Below are positions 1 to 9,217 of a stretch of DNA of 64,000 bases, in pieces (the first letter of the stretch is position 1; every line of letters starts with the position of its first letter). A program made the translations under genes and the position numbers. The stretch is from Acidobacteriota bacterium (GTDB lineage Bacteria; Actinomycetota; Acidimicrobiia; Spongiisociales; ZC4RG35), in assembly GCA_022573225.1 (NCBI GenBank), contig JACZUI010000002.1, positions 28,751-92,750 of the forward strand, written 5' to 3'. The notes beneath the pieces were generated by a model, which was not told the DNA's origin, did not search any database, and worked only from the letters and a program-made list of their open reading frames with translations.

Positions 1-106
1 CAGAGAGAGTTACCGGCCCACCGGGCACTGGTTTGGCCAATGCGTATCGATCGGGGATCACTCCCCCATCTTCGAAACTGGTACTCGTCAACTCCACAAA
101 CAAACC

Positions 107-1015
107 CTAGTTGCGGACATCGGACGGAAGCAGGGCCAGCACCTCGCCCAGCTCCTCGACCGCGGCGGCGTCGATCGGGTCGACGACCAGTTGCAGATGA
201 TCAATACCCGCCGAAGCGAACCCAGCCAGGGCCTCTGCCATAGCTGGCGCGTCACCGGCGATGGGCTCGACCTTGGGCCTTGTTTCGCTTCCCGCGATCC
301 GACCCCCGCCGCGTGACAACTGGACATAGACAGCCGCTGTCTTCTGAATAGTGGCCGGGTCCCGTCCCGTATCGACGCAGGCGGCCTCTAACTCGGCGAC
401 CAACGGAGCGAGGCCGTCGGCCATGTTGTTGAACCAGACAAACCAGGAGTTCCACATGTCGATGTGGGGAGCGGTGATTCTCAGCATGCGAGGCCCGTTG
501 GAGCCAACCATGAGCGGGATGTCGGAGCGTGGTCGGGGCAGAATCTCTGTCTCTCGGTGGGTGTAATAGGCGCCTTCGAAGTCGATCGACCCCTCCCGGA
601 GAAGTGTTCTGATCACGGTGAAGGCCTCCTCGAATCGGGACACCCGGTTGTCGTATGGGAACCCGAAGGCGTCATATTCGGGCTGGTTCCATCCGGCCCC
701 AAGTCCGAGGATGAGACGACCGCCCGAGATCTCGTCGACAGTGGCGGCCTTCTTGGCCAGCATCGCCGGGCTATGAAACGATGTCGCTGCCACCAATGGG
801 CCCAACTCGACCCGCTCGGTGGCCTCGGCGAGAGCGGCCAGCATCGACCACGCCTCCCATGGCCCCTTGGTCCCCGTGATCTCGTCCTTGAAGAGGAGAT
901 GGTCGCCAACCCAGATGGAGTCGAAACCGACCGCTTCGACAGTTAGGGCAATCTCGCGGATCTCCGGCCACCGATACTCGCGCTCCACCTCGGGGAGCTG
1001 AATGCCAATCTTCAT
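107..1015 (-). CDS. LLM-class (luciferase-like) flavin/F420-dependent oxidoreductase
   Basis: 302-aa ORF. MKIGIQLP...GFDSIWVGDHL N-terminus, GLGAGWNQPEYDAFGFPYD segment and overall layout are typical of luciferase-like monooxygenase / F420-dependent oxidoreductase TIM barrels. Confidence 0.8.
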   Translation of the reverse strand: MKIGIQLPEVEREYRWPEIREIALTVEAVGFDSIWVGDHLLFKDEITGTKGPWEAWSMLAALAEATERVELGPLVAATSFHSPAMLAKKAATVDEISGGRLILGLGAGWNQPEYDAFGFPYDNRVSRFEEAFTVIRTLLREGSIDFEGAYYTHRETEILPRPRSDIPLMVGSNGPRMLRITAPHIDMWNSWFVWFNNMADGLAPLVAELEAACVDTGRDPATIQKTAAVYVQLSRGGGRIAGSETRPKVEPIAGDAPAMAEALAGFASAGIDHLQLVVDPIDAAAVEELGEVLALLPSDVRN

Positions 1016-1042
1016 TCGGTTGAACCTAACGCCGCCTCTCCC

Positions 1043-2351
1043 CTAGGAGCCCGCTACCTCGGCGTCGGTGGGGATGGCGGAGCTGCTGAAGTTGCTCACT
1101 GCGTTCCACAGGATCCACCCGACATCCCGATCCTCGGCCGCCTGAATCGACCGGCGAATCTGGGTTGGTCCACCAGAAAGCCTGTAACCAGGGCCGCAGA
1201 ATCGTCCCAGGCTCGATCCGACGAAGCGCGTCCTCTATTGCATCGGCGGTGACGTCGTAGGGGTGGTCATTGGGCTCCGCCAACCCCAACCAGCCGTCTT
1301 CGTAGTGACTCGGATAGACCATCGGGCTGAACGCGTCGAGCTGTCGAGTCAGCTCTTCGGGCCGTTGTCCTATTCCCTGGTCGTTCTCAGAGGCAACGAC
1401 GATGCCGAAAACGTCTGCGCTGACTGCACAGCCAAGAGGATGAATCCGCGTTTTTGCCTCCCTTAAGAACCCTTCGATGGCTCCGAATCCGCTCCGCCTG
1501 CGACATTTCGAGTTGACCGCTGGTTTTGACAGTCTCGCCGGAGGGGAAGCGGACATAGTCGAACTGGATTTCATCGAACCCCAATTCACAAGCCTCGACC
1601 GCCAGAGCCAGCGGATACTCCCAGGCTTCAGTGTTTGCTGGATTGAGCCATGGACCGTCAAACGCCTCTTCGGGATAGGCATTCGCCCGGTATCCTCGAA
1701 CGTGACCACCCGGGTGATTAGATATAGGCCATGCTCCTTGGCCTGGGCGATTCGCTTCACCGGGTCGTAGGCGTTGACCACGGCGCCAATGATGTGAGCG
1801 TCGGAGACCGACGTGTTGTAGAGAACCTTGCCGCCCTCCTGCTTGGTGTCGAAGACGAGGCCGTTGACAGCCGTCTCGTCCGCCAGCGCAAGCAACGCGG
1901 CGAACGCCTCATCGTCTCCAGCGGCGGCAGCGTCGACCCTCAGCGCCCGCACCTTGAACGGCTCAACAGTGATCTGGAGGAAACCTGACGAACCATCCCA
2001 GGCGACCTCGGCGCTCTCCCATGCCGGCTTGGACACAGCTACAGCTCCGATGCTCGTGGTGACCAGGTCAAACCAGCCGTCTGCCGCGGTCAACGTCGAC
2101 TCTTCCCCCACCGACACAACGGCATCCGACACCGGGACACCATTCAGATCCACAACCTTGCCCACGAGTTGGAAGGTCGGCCACGTGCTCGCGGAGACGG
2201 CAACCGGGGAAAGCCCATCCGGACCAGCATCACTGGCCCCGGTAGTCCGCGTCCCGTCGTCGGTGACCAATCCCTGTGTCGCTCCGCCACATGCGGATAG
2301 CAACACGGTAAGGGTCACCCCTGTGAATACAGAGCCGCGGCTCAACGCCAT
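1043..2351 (-). pseudogene. frameshifted glycoside-hydrolase-like lipoprotein (GHL/DUF4015-type)
   Basis: Lipoprotein signal (TVLLSAC). Family-typical segments lie in three reading frames: ...LYLITRVVTFED (frame A); YPEEAFDGPWLNPANTEAWEYPLALAVEACELGFDEIQFDYVRFPSGE (frame B, includes ORF 1387..1584); AIEGFLREAK...SPMVYPSHY...RPWLQAFWW (frame A); QIRRSIQAAEDRDVGWILWNAVSNF...AGS-stop (frame C, stop at 1043-1045). Shifts are near 1693, 1483 and 1165. Confidence 0.65.
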
Positions 2352-2810
2352 TTACCCGAGACGAACAACCATTGCGGTGATCGTGAACAGCAGCAACAGG
2401 GTGTCAACCGTCCCGAATGTCGCCAGACGAGCGGCGGCCGTCTTTATCGCACCCTGATCGCCCGACTCGACAGCCACGGCTGCCCTCTCTGATCCCGGCT
2501 CAAACACGAACTTCCCAAGCAGGGCCCCAATCACGATCATGGCAAATCCCATCGTCACGAACACGCTCCCGAAGCTGTACGCCTCACCGCTCTGTAACAC
2601 CAGGACCACGCCGGTGACCAGTATCAGAATGGCTGCGGGCATATAGAGCCTGGTCGAAAGTCGGCCCGCAATCCGGTACCAGCCGGCCGCGGTCTCCCCA
2701 CCCTGCTTTGCCGCCATCGTCGGAACCATGGCCTGGACGACGTTGGCGCCAAGCCACGCACCGACCCCGGCAATGTGCAGCACCAGCATGATTTCTCGAA
2801 CATCCATCAA
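2352..2810 (-). CDS. hypothetical integral membrane protein
   Basis: 152-aa ORF with four hydrophobic helices (LVLHIAGVGAWLGANVV, LYMPAAILILVTGVVLVL, FVTMGFAMIVIGALLG, TLLLLFTITAMVV). It abuts the downstream pseudogene start. Confidence 0.5.
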   Translation of the reverse strand: MMDVREIMLVLHIAGVGAWLGANVVQAMVPTMAAKQGGETAAGWYRIAGRLSTRLYMPAAILILVTGVVLVLQSGEAYSFGSVFVTMGFAMIVIGALLGKFVFEPGSERAAVAVESGDQGAIKTAAARLATFGTVDTLLLLFTITAMVVRLG

Positions 2811-2884
2811 TTCTCCAAAAGTGTGTATTCGTTTCGACGGTAATGGCCCGGTAACTCCTATACCGACTTACCATCGCCGCTCTT

Positions 2885-3259
2885 GTGACCAAGCAAACCG
2901 AAGCTCCAGGCTGCCGTGACGCGGCGATAGCCACCGGCTTTCTCCTCGGATTCGGCGTGGCCCTGTTCGCCATCGGGCTCACCCTCATCAACCGTGATTC
3001 CTGCGCCGGACTCTGCGAGACCGCTGGTCTCGCCTTCCTCTATGCAGGGGGGCCGGTCTCGGCACTTTTTGGCTTACTGACCGACTCTGTCGTCGTTGCC
3101 TGGCCGTTGGATGTGACGCTTTGGGTGGTACTCGGCTTCACTGTCGCCCGATGGGCCACCAACCACCAAAGAGCACTATTGGGTGTCGCAGTCCTGGTGC
3201 TCATCTTCTTCCTGGTCTATGGACTAGTCCTTTCGCAGTTCGTGGAATTAGCAGTGTGA
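2885..3259 (+). CDS. hypothetical membrane protein
   Basis: 124-aa ORF, strongly hydrophobic with several predicted TM helices. Divergent from 2352..2810. No recognisable family. Confidence 0.4.
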   Translation: MTKQTEAPGCRDAAIATGFLLGFGVALFAIGLTLINRDSCAGLCETAGLAFLYAGGPVSALFGLLTDSVVVAWPLDVTLWVVLGFTVARWATNHQRALLGVAVLVLIFFLVYGLVLSQFVELAV

Positions 3260-3291
3260 GAACCGCTCTCGCCATTTAGCGTGACGGTTAC

Positions 3292-3642
3292 ATGCAGCAC
3301 GTGACCGAACGAAGAAATTTGGGTCTGGCCCTGGCTGCCCTCGCCTTGATGGCGGCATCGATCACGGGAACAGCCGTCTTCGAGGCGTCCTCCCCTGGTG
3401 CCAACCTCGCACCGTTGAACGGCGCCGACGAGTTGGTCGAGATTCTCCAGACAAACCAGCGGGTCTTGTGGACGGCACTCAACGGATCTGTGAGCTCCTT
3501 AGTCGTGAAAGGCTGGCCAGTTGAGATCGGGGACGCCGAGCTCGGCGGCGGCCTGGTCATTGAAAGGCCAGAGGACGGGTCTGTCGGCGTAATCGACTTC
3601 GGTGGGAAGCCGATGTCGGTCAGATTCGAACTGGTCGACTAG
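3292..3642 (+). CDS. hypothetical secreted protein
   Basis: 116-aa ORF with an N-terminal signal-like segment (LGLALAALALMAASITGTAVF). No recognisable family. Confidence 0.4.
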   Translation: MQHVTERRNLGLALAALALMAASITGTAVFEASSPGANLAPLNGADELVEILQTNQRVLWTALNGSVSSLVVKGWPVEIGDAELGGGLVIERPEDGSVGVIDFGGKPMSVRFELVD

Positions 3643-4892
3643 ATCTCTACGTACTGCTTGAGATCAGTGGCGTCGAACGGCCCGGTGGCGCCAATCACCC
3701 GCTCCGACGTATAGAGGTCGTTCGCCGCGGACTGGACGTCTTCGAGAGTTATGTCATCGAGCTTCTTCAGGCGCTCGTCGACGGAAAGATGCGGCATGCC
3801 GGCAAGCTCATCCCTGCCGAGGCGGATCATACGGCTGTTGGCATCCTCTAGGGAGAGCGCCAGCCCTCCTCTCATCGATCCCTTGGCCCTGTCCAATTCG
3901 GCTTTGGTGATTCCGTCGGCGACGACCTTGTCCAGCTCACCGAGGATCACGGTCATCGCAGTGTCGATCTGGCTGGGCGTGGTGCCGACGTAGACCCCCC
4001 AGGCACCGGCATCGCCATATGCGAGCCGAAATGCATAGATCGCGTAAGCGAGACCACGCTCCTCCCGGACCTCCCGGAACAGCCTCGACGACATCCCCGA
4101 ACCCATCACATGGTTCAAGATCTCAAATGCCCAGCGTCTTTCGTCAGACCTTTTGAGACCTTTCCCTCCCAGGACGATGTGAGCCTGTTCGGTGTCGCGC
4201 CGGGTCACCTTCACATTGGATTTAACCGCGGCTTCCGCCGCTTCATGATCGACGCCATCACCGGACCAATCACCGAAACGTTCTGCCACCGTGGCAACCA
4301 GCGCTTCGTGGTCAACCGAGCCTGCCGCCGCTATCACCATTGAGCCGGCTCCGTAGCGCCGATTCCAATAGCCGTGGATGTCGTCGCGAGACATCCCGAG
4401 TATCGACTCTTTGGTTCCCAACACCGGAGCCTCGAGAGGGTGGTCGGCAAACAGGCTTGTCGTGAAGTTCTCGAACGCCACGTCGTTGGGATCGTCCTCG
4501 TTCATGTTTATCTCTTCGATCACAACATTCCGCTCGGCATCGATCTCATTCTGACGGAAGGCGGGTCGCTGGATCATCTCGGACAGAACATCAAACCCGG
4601 TTTCGAGATCCTGATCGAGGAGACGTGTCCAATAGCAGGTGGCTTCTTTCGATGTGAAGGCGTTGGACTCGGCGCCGATCGAGTCGAGGATCTCGGAGAT
4701 TTCGCGGGCGGAGAGCTTTTCGGAGCCTTTGAAGAGGAGGTGTTCGAGAAAGTGGGAGGCGCCGTGCTCGCTGGGCACCTCATCGCGGGTTCCGGTATCG
4801 ATCCAGCATCCGATAGCGATCGAGCGAAGGGAGGGCATGGCCTCCGAGATGACTCGGAGGCCGTTGGGAAGAGTGGTGAAGTCGTAGTGCAC
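3639..4892 (-). CDS. M16 (pitrilysin/insulinase) family zinc peptidase
   Basis: Inverted zinc motif HFLEH (GASHFLEHLLFKG) and typical M16 N- and C-domains. The longest ORF runs to 5108 but would overlap the divergent gene, so a GTG at 4892 (VHYDFTTLPNGLRV) is chosen as start. The start is uncertain. Confidence 0.8.
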   Translation of the reverse strand: MHYDFTTLPNGLRVISEAMPSLRSIAIGCWIDTGTRDEVPSEHGASHFLEHLLFKGSEKLSAREISEILDSIGAESNAFTSKEATCYWTRLLDQDLETGFDVLSEMIQRPAFRQNEIDAERNVVIEEINMNEDDPNDVAFENFTTSLFADHPLEAPVLGTKESILGMSRDDIHGYWNRRYGAGSMVIAAAGSVDHEALVATVAERFGDWSGDGVDHEAAEAAVKSNVKVTRRDTEQAHIVLGGKGLKRSDERRWAFEILNHVMGSGMSSRLFREVREERGLAYAIYAFRLAYGDAGAWGVYVGTTPSQIDTAMTVILGELDKVVADGITKAELDRAKGSMRGGLALSLEDANSRMIRLGRDELAGMPHLSVDERLKKLDDITLEDVQSAANDLYTSERVIGATGPFDATDLKQYVEI

Positions 4893-4971
4893 GTCGAGGA
4901 GTGTATGGCCCCGCCAGTGGTACGTCGGAGGCGCTACCAACCGTTTGACATTCGTGAGACAATGCTCGGCT

Positions 4972-7062
4972 ATGCGCGGACGCGACCAGACCTTGCTATC
5001 TGAGCTGATCAGCCCGGAAGACATCGCTATCGAGTCGGTGGTGGCCCGATACCAGCGTGTGGCCCCGGCCGTAACCAGATTCGCCCGCACACTTTCGAAG
5101 AACCCCAACCTCAGGGTTCGTCTTGGTTCGGAGACGGCGGCAGCCGAAGACGAGGTGGTGTGCGACCCGAGAATCTTCCAAGCGGCCTACCACCGCAATG
5201 CGCCGGTCACTCCAGACGAAGTTGCTCTCGCCTCGGCACTTCACGAGGTCATGCATCTGGTTACGACCAACTTCGACGAGAAGCGGCCTATCCCGGAAGG
5301 CTGGCCGGTCGAGGGCGAGGTGATCCCCGACGTGGAGGTTGACCTGCTCACTGCTCTGGAACACACCAACCGGCCGGTAGCCGAGGTTCTGTTCTTCTCA
5401 CTCGAGGACGCCCGACAAGAACGTCAGGGTCTCTCCGTCTATCCGGGGGCACGATCGGTTCTGTCCGACCTGTATTTGTCCTCGCTCGCTCTGGCTATCT
5501 CGCGTTCAGGCGCTCTGAGCCAGTTTGTTCTCGGGTGTTTTCTTCTCACGGGCGACTATGTCGAGAGGGAAGTTCTCGAGAAGCAATTCGATGCAAGGGC
5601 TGCAACCGCCATCGACGATGCCGCCGGACATTGCGCCGACGCCGCCCAGGCCGAAGACCCCTGGGAGGTCGCTCAACTAGCGTTGGAATTGGAGGCCATC
5701 GCTCGGGCCAACGGCCTTATCACGGAGGTTCCCAAGTCGGCCACCAACGCTCAGACCCAACTCATCCAGGATGGCGACGCCGAGAAGGCGGCTGAGGGAG
5801 TCGACATGGTTCGGATGACCTCCCCGATAGTCGCTGATTCTGATTCGTACCAGGACACGAAACGCTCGGCCGATGCCCGCTCCGGCAAATCGGATCGCAG
5901 GGGCGCCTCCGACCTGGCCAACGACGAGGCGACCGACCAACTCCTCCGGGTCAGCCAGGCTCCGGAGATCTACCTGCCCAACGGCCAAACCGGCAAACTG
6001 GTGGTCTCACCCATCCCGACCTCGTTCTCGAAGTTCAGCCAGGAGGGACTCAATGCGCTGGGCGAGGCCTCGAAGCGTTGGGAGGTCGACCAGCGGAGAG
6101 TGTCAGGAGAGCTGTTCCCGCTCTTTGCCGCCAACCAGAGGCGCGGTCTTCGCTCAGGGTATGACCAGGGCGACGTCTCCCCCCATGCCGCACTCTTCAT
6201 TGGTGCCGGTCTCTATGAGCGCCTGTATGAACGGCGCGCCGCGCGGACGCGGCGGACCTATGCAGTGTCTCTGCTGGTCGACGCATCGGCGTCGATGCTG
6301 AGTCCCGGAAGGGAGCGTGGAAGGAGCACTTCCTGGGCCATGCCGGCCGCCCTGCTCGGAGCTTGGACCATGGCTCACCTCTGCGACGAGCTGCAGATCG
6401 ACTTCGAGGTTGCACTGTTCAACAAGGGGTTTGCCGCCCGTCAAGAGGACACCGAGGACGGCTATCGGCGAAGGCGGGCCGCGGCGACGGCGGGGCTGAA
6501 GCAAACCCAGGGATCGGCAGCCGACAGGCTGACCACCACTGTCAACCATTACATCGTCAAGCCGTTCGAGCGGCGATGGCGCGAATCCGAGCCGACATTG
6601 GCTGGGCTGTTCTACACGGCATCCGAACCGCGGCGAGCGGCCGCCTTGGCCAGACGCGATCCAGATAGCGCCCCTCCGGTCTCCCTTTTCGAGAAGGCGG
6701 CCAACGTCGACGAGTTCAATCTCATCTACGCCGCGGAGCGTATGGCGCGGCTCGGCGCCCAGGTTCGCGTGCTCATGGTCCTGGCGGACGGCATGACACG
6801 CGGGTCGATGGACGCGCTGGTTAGGTCGGTCGCGGCAGTCGAGTCGGGGGGGACCACTGTGATCGGCATCGGAATCGGCGACCACACGGTGGATGCCGCC
6901 TACAAGCGTCATGAGGTAGTCGAGAAACCACAGGATCTGGCTCAAGCGATGGTCCAGGGCACCCGGGGGGCCCTGCGGCGGAGTCTCGCCTTGTTTGGGC
7001 TCGACACCTCGTGGTTCAGAGCTTCAGAATTCACAAACCGACAGGAGAAGTCAATTGCCTGA
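4972..7062 (+). CDS. HExxH (DUF2201_N-like putative metallopeptidase) / von Willebrand factor A domain protein, CobT/NorD-like
   Basis: HEVMH at 5242-5256 in a context resembling the putative metallopeptidase domain found N-terminal to VWA-like domains. C-terminal VWA domain has a MIDAS DxSxS motif (LLVDASAS, 6280-6294) and LMVLADGMTRG. Start taken at ATG 4972 (MRGRDQT). Confidence 0.7.
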   Translation: MRGRDQTLLSELISPEDIAIESVVARYQRVAPAVTRFARTLSKNPNLRVRLGSETAAAEDEVVCDPRIFQAAYHRNAPVTPDEVALASALHEVMHLVTTNFDEKRPIPEGWPVEGEVIPDVEVDLLTALEHTNRPVAEVLFFSLEDARQERQGLSVYPGARSVLSDLYLSSLALAISRSGALSQFVLGCFLLTGDYVEREVLEKQFDARAATAIDDAAGHCADAAQAEDPWEVAQLALELEAIARANGLITEVPKSATNAQTQLIQDGDAEKAAEGVDMVRMTSPIVADSDSYQDTKRSADARSGKSDRRGASDLANDEATDQLLRVSQAPEIYLPNGQTGKLVVSPIPTSFSKFSQEGLNALGEASKRWEVDQRRVSGELFPLFAANQRRGLRSGYDQGDVSPHAALFIGAGLYERLYERRAARTRRTYAVSLLVDASASMLSPGRERGRSTSWAMPAALLGAWTMAHLCDELQIDFEVALFNKGFAARQEDTEDGYRRRRAAATAGLKQTQGSAADRLTTTVNHYIVKPFERRWRESEPTLAGLFYTASEPRRAAALARRDPDSAPPVSLFEKAANVDEFNLIYAAERMARLGAQVRVLMVLADGMTRGSMDALVRSVAAVESGGTTVIGIGIGDHTVDAAYKRHEVVEKPQDLAQAMVQGTRGALRRSLALFGLDTSWFRASEFTNRQEKSIA

Positions 7063-8044
7063 GACAGCCATCTTCGAGGACCCGACCGGCGAAGGACCGA
7101 GAATCGAATTGGAGAAGTTCACCGTCGACGACGACCTTTCAGATTCAGAGCTTCGCAACCGCAAGATTCCCCTGCCAGATCCCCACTACGTGGACCTGGG
7201 AATGCTCTACCGATTCGCCCAGATGGAGCAGGCGCGGAGACATGGAACCGATGGGTTGGTCCCGCTCCACATCGCGGTGCGCGGCCACATGGGAACGGGG
7301 AAAGACCATGACATCGAGCAGTTCGCGGCCGCCATGAATCTGCCCTACTTCAGGATCCCTCTGACTGGGGAGGTCCGAGACGTCACGCTCATCGGCTCGA
7401 CCCGCCTCCAAGGCGACGGCAAGGGCGGAACCGAGAGCAGATGGGAAGACGGCGACATCACCCGGGCGCTGCGCGGGCCGGCGTTGCTCAACCTCTCCGA
7501 ATTGAACGCCGCCGGAGCCGAAACCCTGTTCGCGCTTCACGCTCTGCTCGACCGATATGCCGCCATCGACCTCCCCAACGGCGAGACCGTGTCCCTCCGG
7601 GAGGATGTTCGGGTCTTTGGCACAATGAACCCGACCGACCTCAGGGACTACGCCGGAACTCAGACCCTCAACAAGGGCTTCGCAGACCGCTGGGTGATCT
7701 GGGAGAAACAATTCCCCGGTCGCGATCAGATCGAGGAGATGCTGAACACACGCTATCCCAGGCTCAAGAGCGAATATGTCGACGCTATTGCCCGCCTCAC
7801 CGTCGAGATCAACACGTCGTTTGAGGCCCAGGACACCGAGGTCCGGGTCGAGACCCCATTGTCTCTTCGCTCGGCACTCGACAGGCTCCCGACCGGTCTT
7901 CTGATCTTTGCCGACCGCAATGACCCTCTGCGTCACGCATGGGAGGATTTCGTTCTTCCCCACGTGGACCTCTTCGACCGGGATCACTACGAAACGGTGT
8001 GGAACGCCGTTGTCAGAACGGGGCCATCGGTCAGCCCCTACTGA
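7055..8044 (+). CDS. AAA+ ATPase, CobS / MoxR (AAA_5) family, with degenerate Walker motifs
   Basis: Alignable by eye to CobS (GTGKDHDIEQFAAAMNLPYFRIPL..., FGTMNPTD...YAGTQTLNKGFADRWVI). TTG start at 7055 is preceded by AGGAGA (7043-7048) and overlaps the upstream stop by 8 nt. Walker A reads GHMGTGKD; the Walker B equivalent reads LLNLSE. Confidence 0.75.
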   Translation: MPETAIFEDPTGEGPRIELEKFTVDDDLSDSELRNRKIPLPDPHYVDLGMLYRFAQMEQARRHGTDGLVPLHIAVRGHMGTGKDHDIEQFAAAMNLPYFRIPLTGEVRDVTLIGSTRLQGDGKGGTESRWEDGDITRALRGPALLNLSELNAAGAETLFALHALLDRYAAIDLPNGETVSLREDVRVFGTMNPTDLRDYAGTQTLNKGFADRWVIWEKQFPGRDQIEEMLNTRYPRLKSEYVDAIARLTVEINTSFEAQDTEVRVETPLSLRSALDRLPTGLLIFADRNDPLRHAWEDFVLPHVDLFDRDHYETVWNAVVRTGPSVSPY

Positions 8045-8086
8045 CCACGGTCCGAGATCAGGCCAACCCTCACTACCGTCATCCAC

Positions 8087-9169
8087 ATGCCGTACGACTT
8101 GGGAAACCCCGACCTCGACCGCCAGCTAACCCAACTCGTGGCGGCTGCGTCGAAGAATGACAACCAGGATCTGATCGCAGAATTGGTGACCACAGCCCTC
8201 AAGATGCATCGCGACGGCGCCAGCCGCGCCGACCTGAAGTTGATCAACACCGCTCTGAAGGAGATGCGGTATTCCAACCTCGTCTTCTCCCGGCACCATG
8301 AGCCCAAGGTCACCATCTACGGATCCGCCCGGGTCGGCGACGACGATCCCAACTACGCCATAACCGAGCAGTTTGCCTCGATCATGGCCTCTCATGGATG
8401 GGGTGTGATCACCGGAGCCGGGCCTGGAATCATGGAAGCCGCCAACAGGGGCGCCGGTATCGACAGCTCATACGGTGTGAACATCCGGCTTCCGTTCGAG
8501 GACAAGGCCAATCAATACCTCGATCCTGAGAAGACGGTCAATTTCAAGTACTTCTTCACCCGGAAGCTGGGCTTCGTCAAGGAAGCCCATGCATTTGTGA
8601 TGCTCCCGGGAGGTTTCGGAACTCTCGACGAAGCGTTTGAGCTACTCACTCTGATTCAGACTGGCAAGAGCGACCTCCACCCTGTTGTGCTGTTGGAGGC
8701 TGATGGCTCCAATTTCTGGGGTCCGATCATCCGTTTCATCCGCGATGAGCAGCTGGCCCACGGACTGATCTCCGAATCGGACATGGCCCTGTTCTTCCAC
8801 ACCACTGACCCCAACGAGGCCTGTGATCACATCAGGCACTTCTACGCCAACTATCACTCCCAGAGGTACTGGGGCGGCAAACTGATTCTCCGACTCATGC
8901 AAGGGCCCGACGCAGAGTTACTCGAGGAGCTCAATCGGGAGTTTGCCGACATCGTTGTGGAAGGGGTCATCGAGCGGACGGACCCGACCCCGGCCGAGGT
9001 TGACGACAACGATGCGCTCGAACGCGACCGGATCACATTCGTATTCAACCGACGACGTTTCGGGAGGCTGCGTCAGCTCATCGACCGTCTCAATGACGCC
9101 GTGGTCACTCCTGAGACGTTCCAGTTGCCTGTTCCGATGACCGAGGAACATGCAGAACGGCCCTGGTAA
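8087..9169 (+). CDS. LOG family protein (TIGR00730-type Rossmann fold nucleotide N-glycosidase), long form
   Basis: GAGPGIMEAANRGA and PGGFGTLDEAFE motifs are diagnostic of LOG / lysine-decarboxylase-like proteins. Extra N-terminal (about 75 aa) and C-terminal (about 100 aa) regions resemble the long PpnN-like forms. Confidence 0.8.
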   Translation: MPYDLGNPDLDRQLTQLVAAASKNDNQDLIAELVTTALKMHRDGASRADLKLINTALKEMRYSNLVFSRHHEPKVTIYGSARVGDDDPNYAITEQFASIMASHGWGVITGAGPGIMEAANRGAGIDSSYGVNIRLPFEDKANQYLDPEKTVNFKYFFTRKLGFVKEAHAFVMLPGGFGTLDEAFELLTLIQTGKSDLHPVVLLEADGSNFWGPIIRFIRDEQLAHGLISESDMALFFHTTDPNEACDHIRHFYANYHSQRYWGGKLILRLMQGPDAELLEELNREFADIVVEGVIERTDPTPAEVDDNDALERDRITFVFNRRRFGRLRQLIDRLNDAVVTPETFQLPVPMTEEHAERPW

Positions 9170-9217
9170 CACGTGCTCGTCTGGGACTAAACAACCGGCC
9201 GTTACTAACATCGGGTC

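Noticed and set aside
1026-2351. The 441-aa ORF taken at face value as an intact gene.
   Set aside because: The middle and C-terminal parts of the translation are non-protein-like, while family-typical sequence is readable in the other two frames. Called as a frameshifted pseudogene instead.
3639-5108. Full 489-aa extent of the M16 peptidase ORF, and the 4945 start of the VWA gene.
   Set aside because: The extended N-termini would make the two divergent genes overlap by more than 160 nt. The extensions lack family similarity, so shorter starts were chosen (GTG 4892 and ATG 4972).
4972-8044. Calling the pair cobT/cobS (aerobic cobaltochelatase).
   Set aside because: There is no cobN or other cobalamin gene in the window, the HExxH region is not a CobT feature I can confirm, and the Walker motifs are degenerate. 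Kept as CobS/CobT-like with unknown function.
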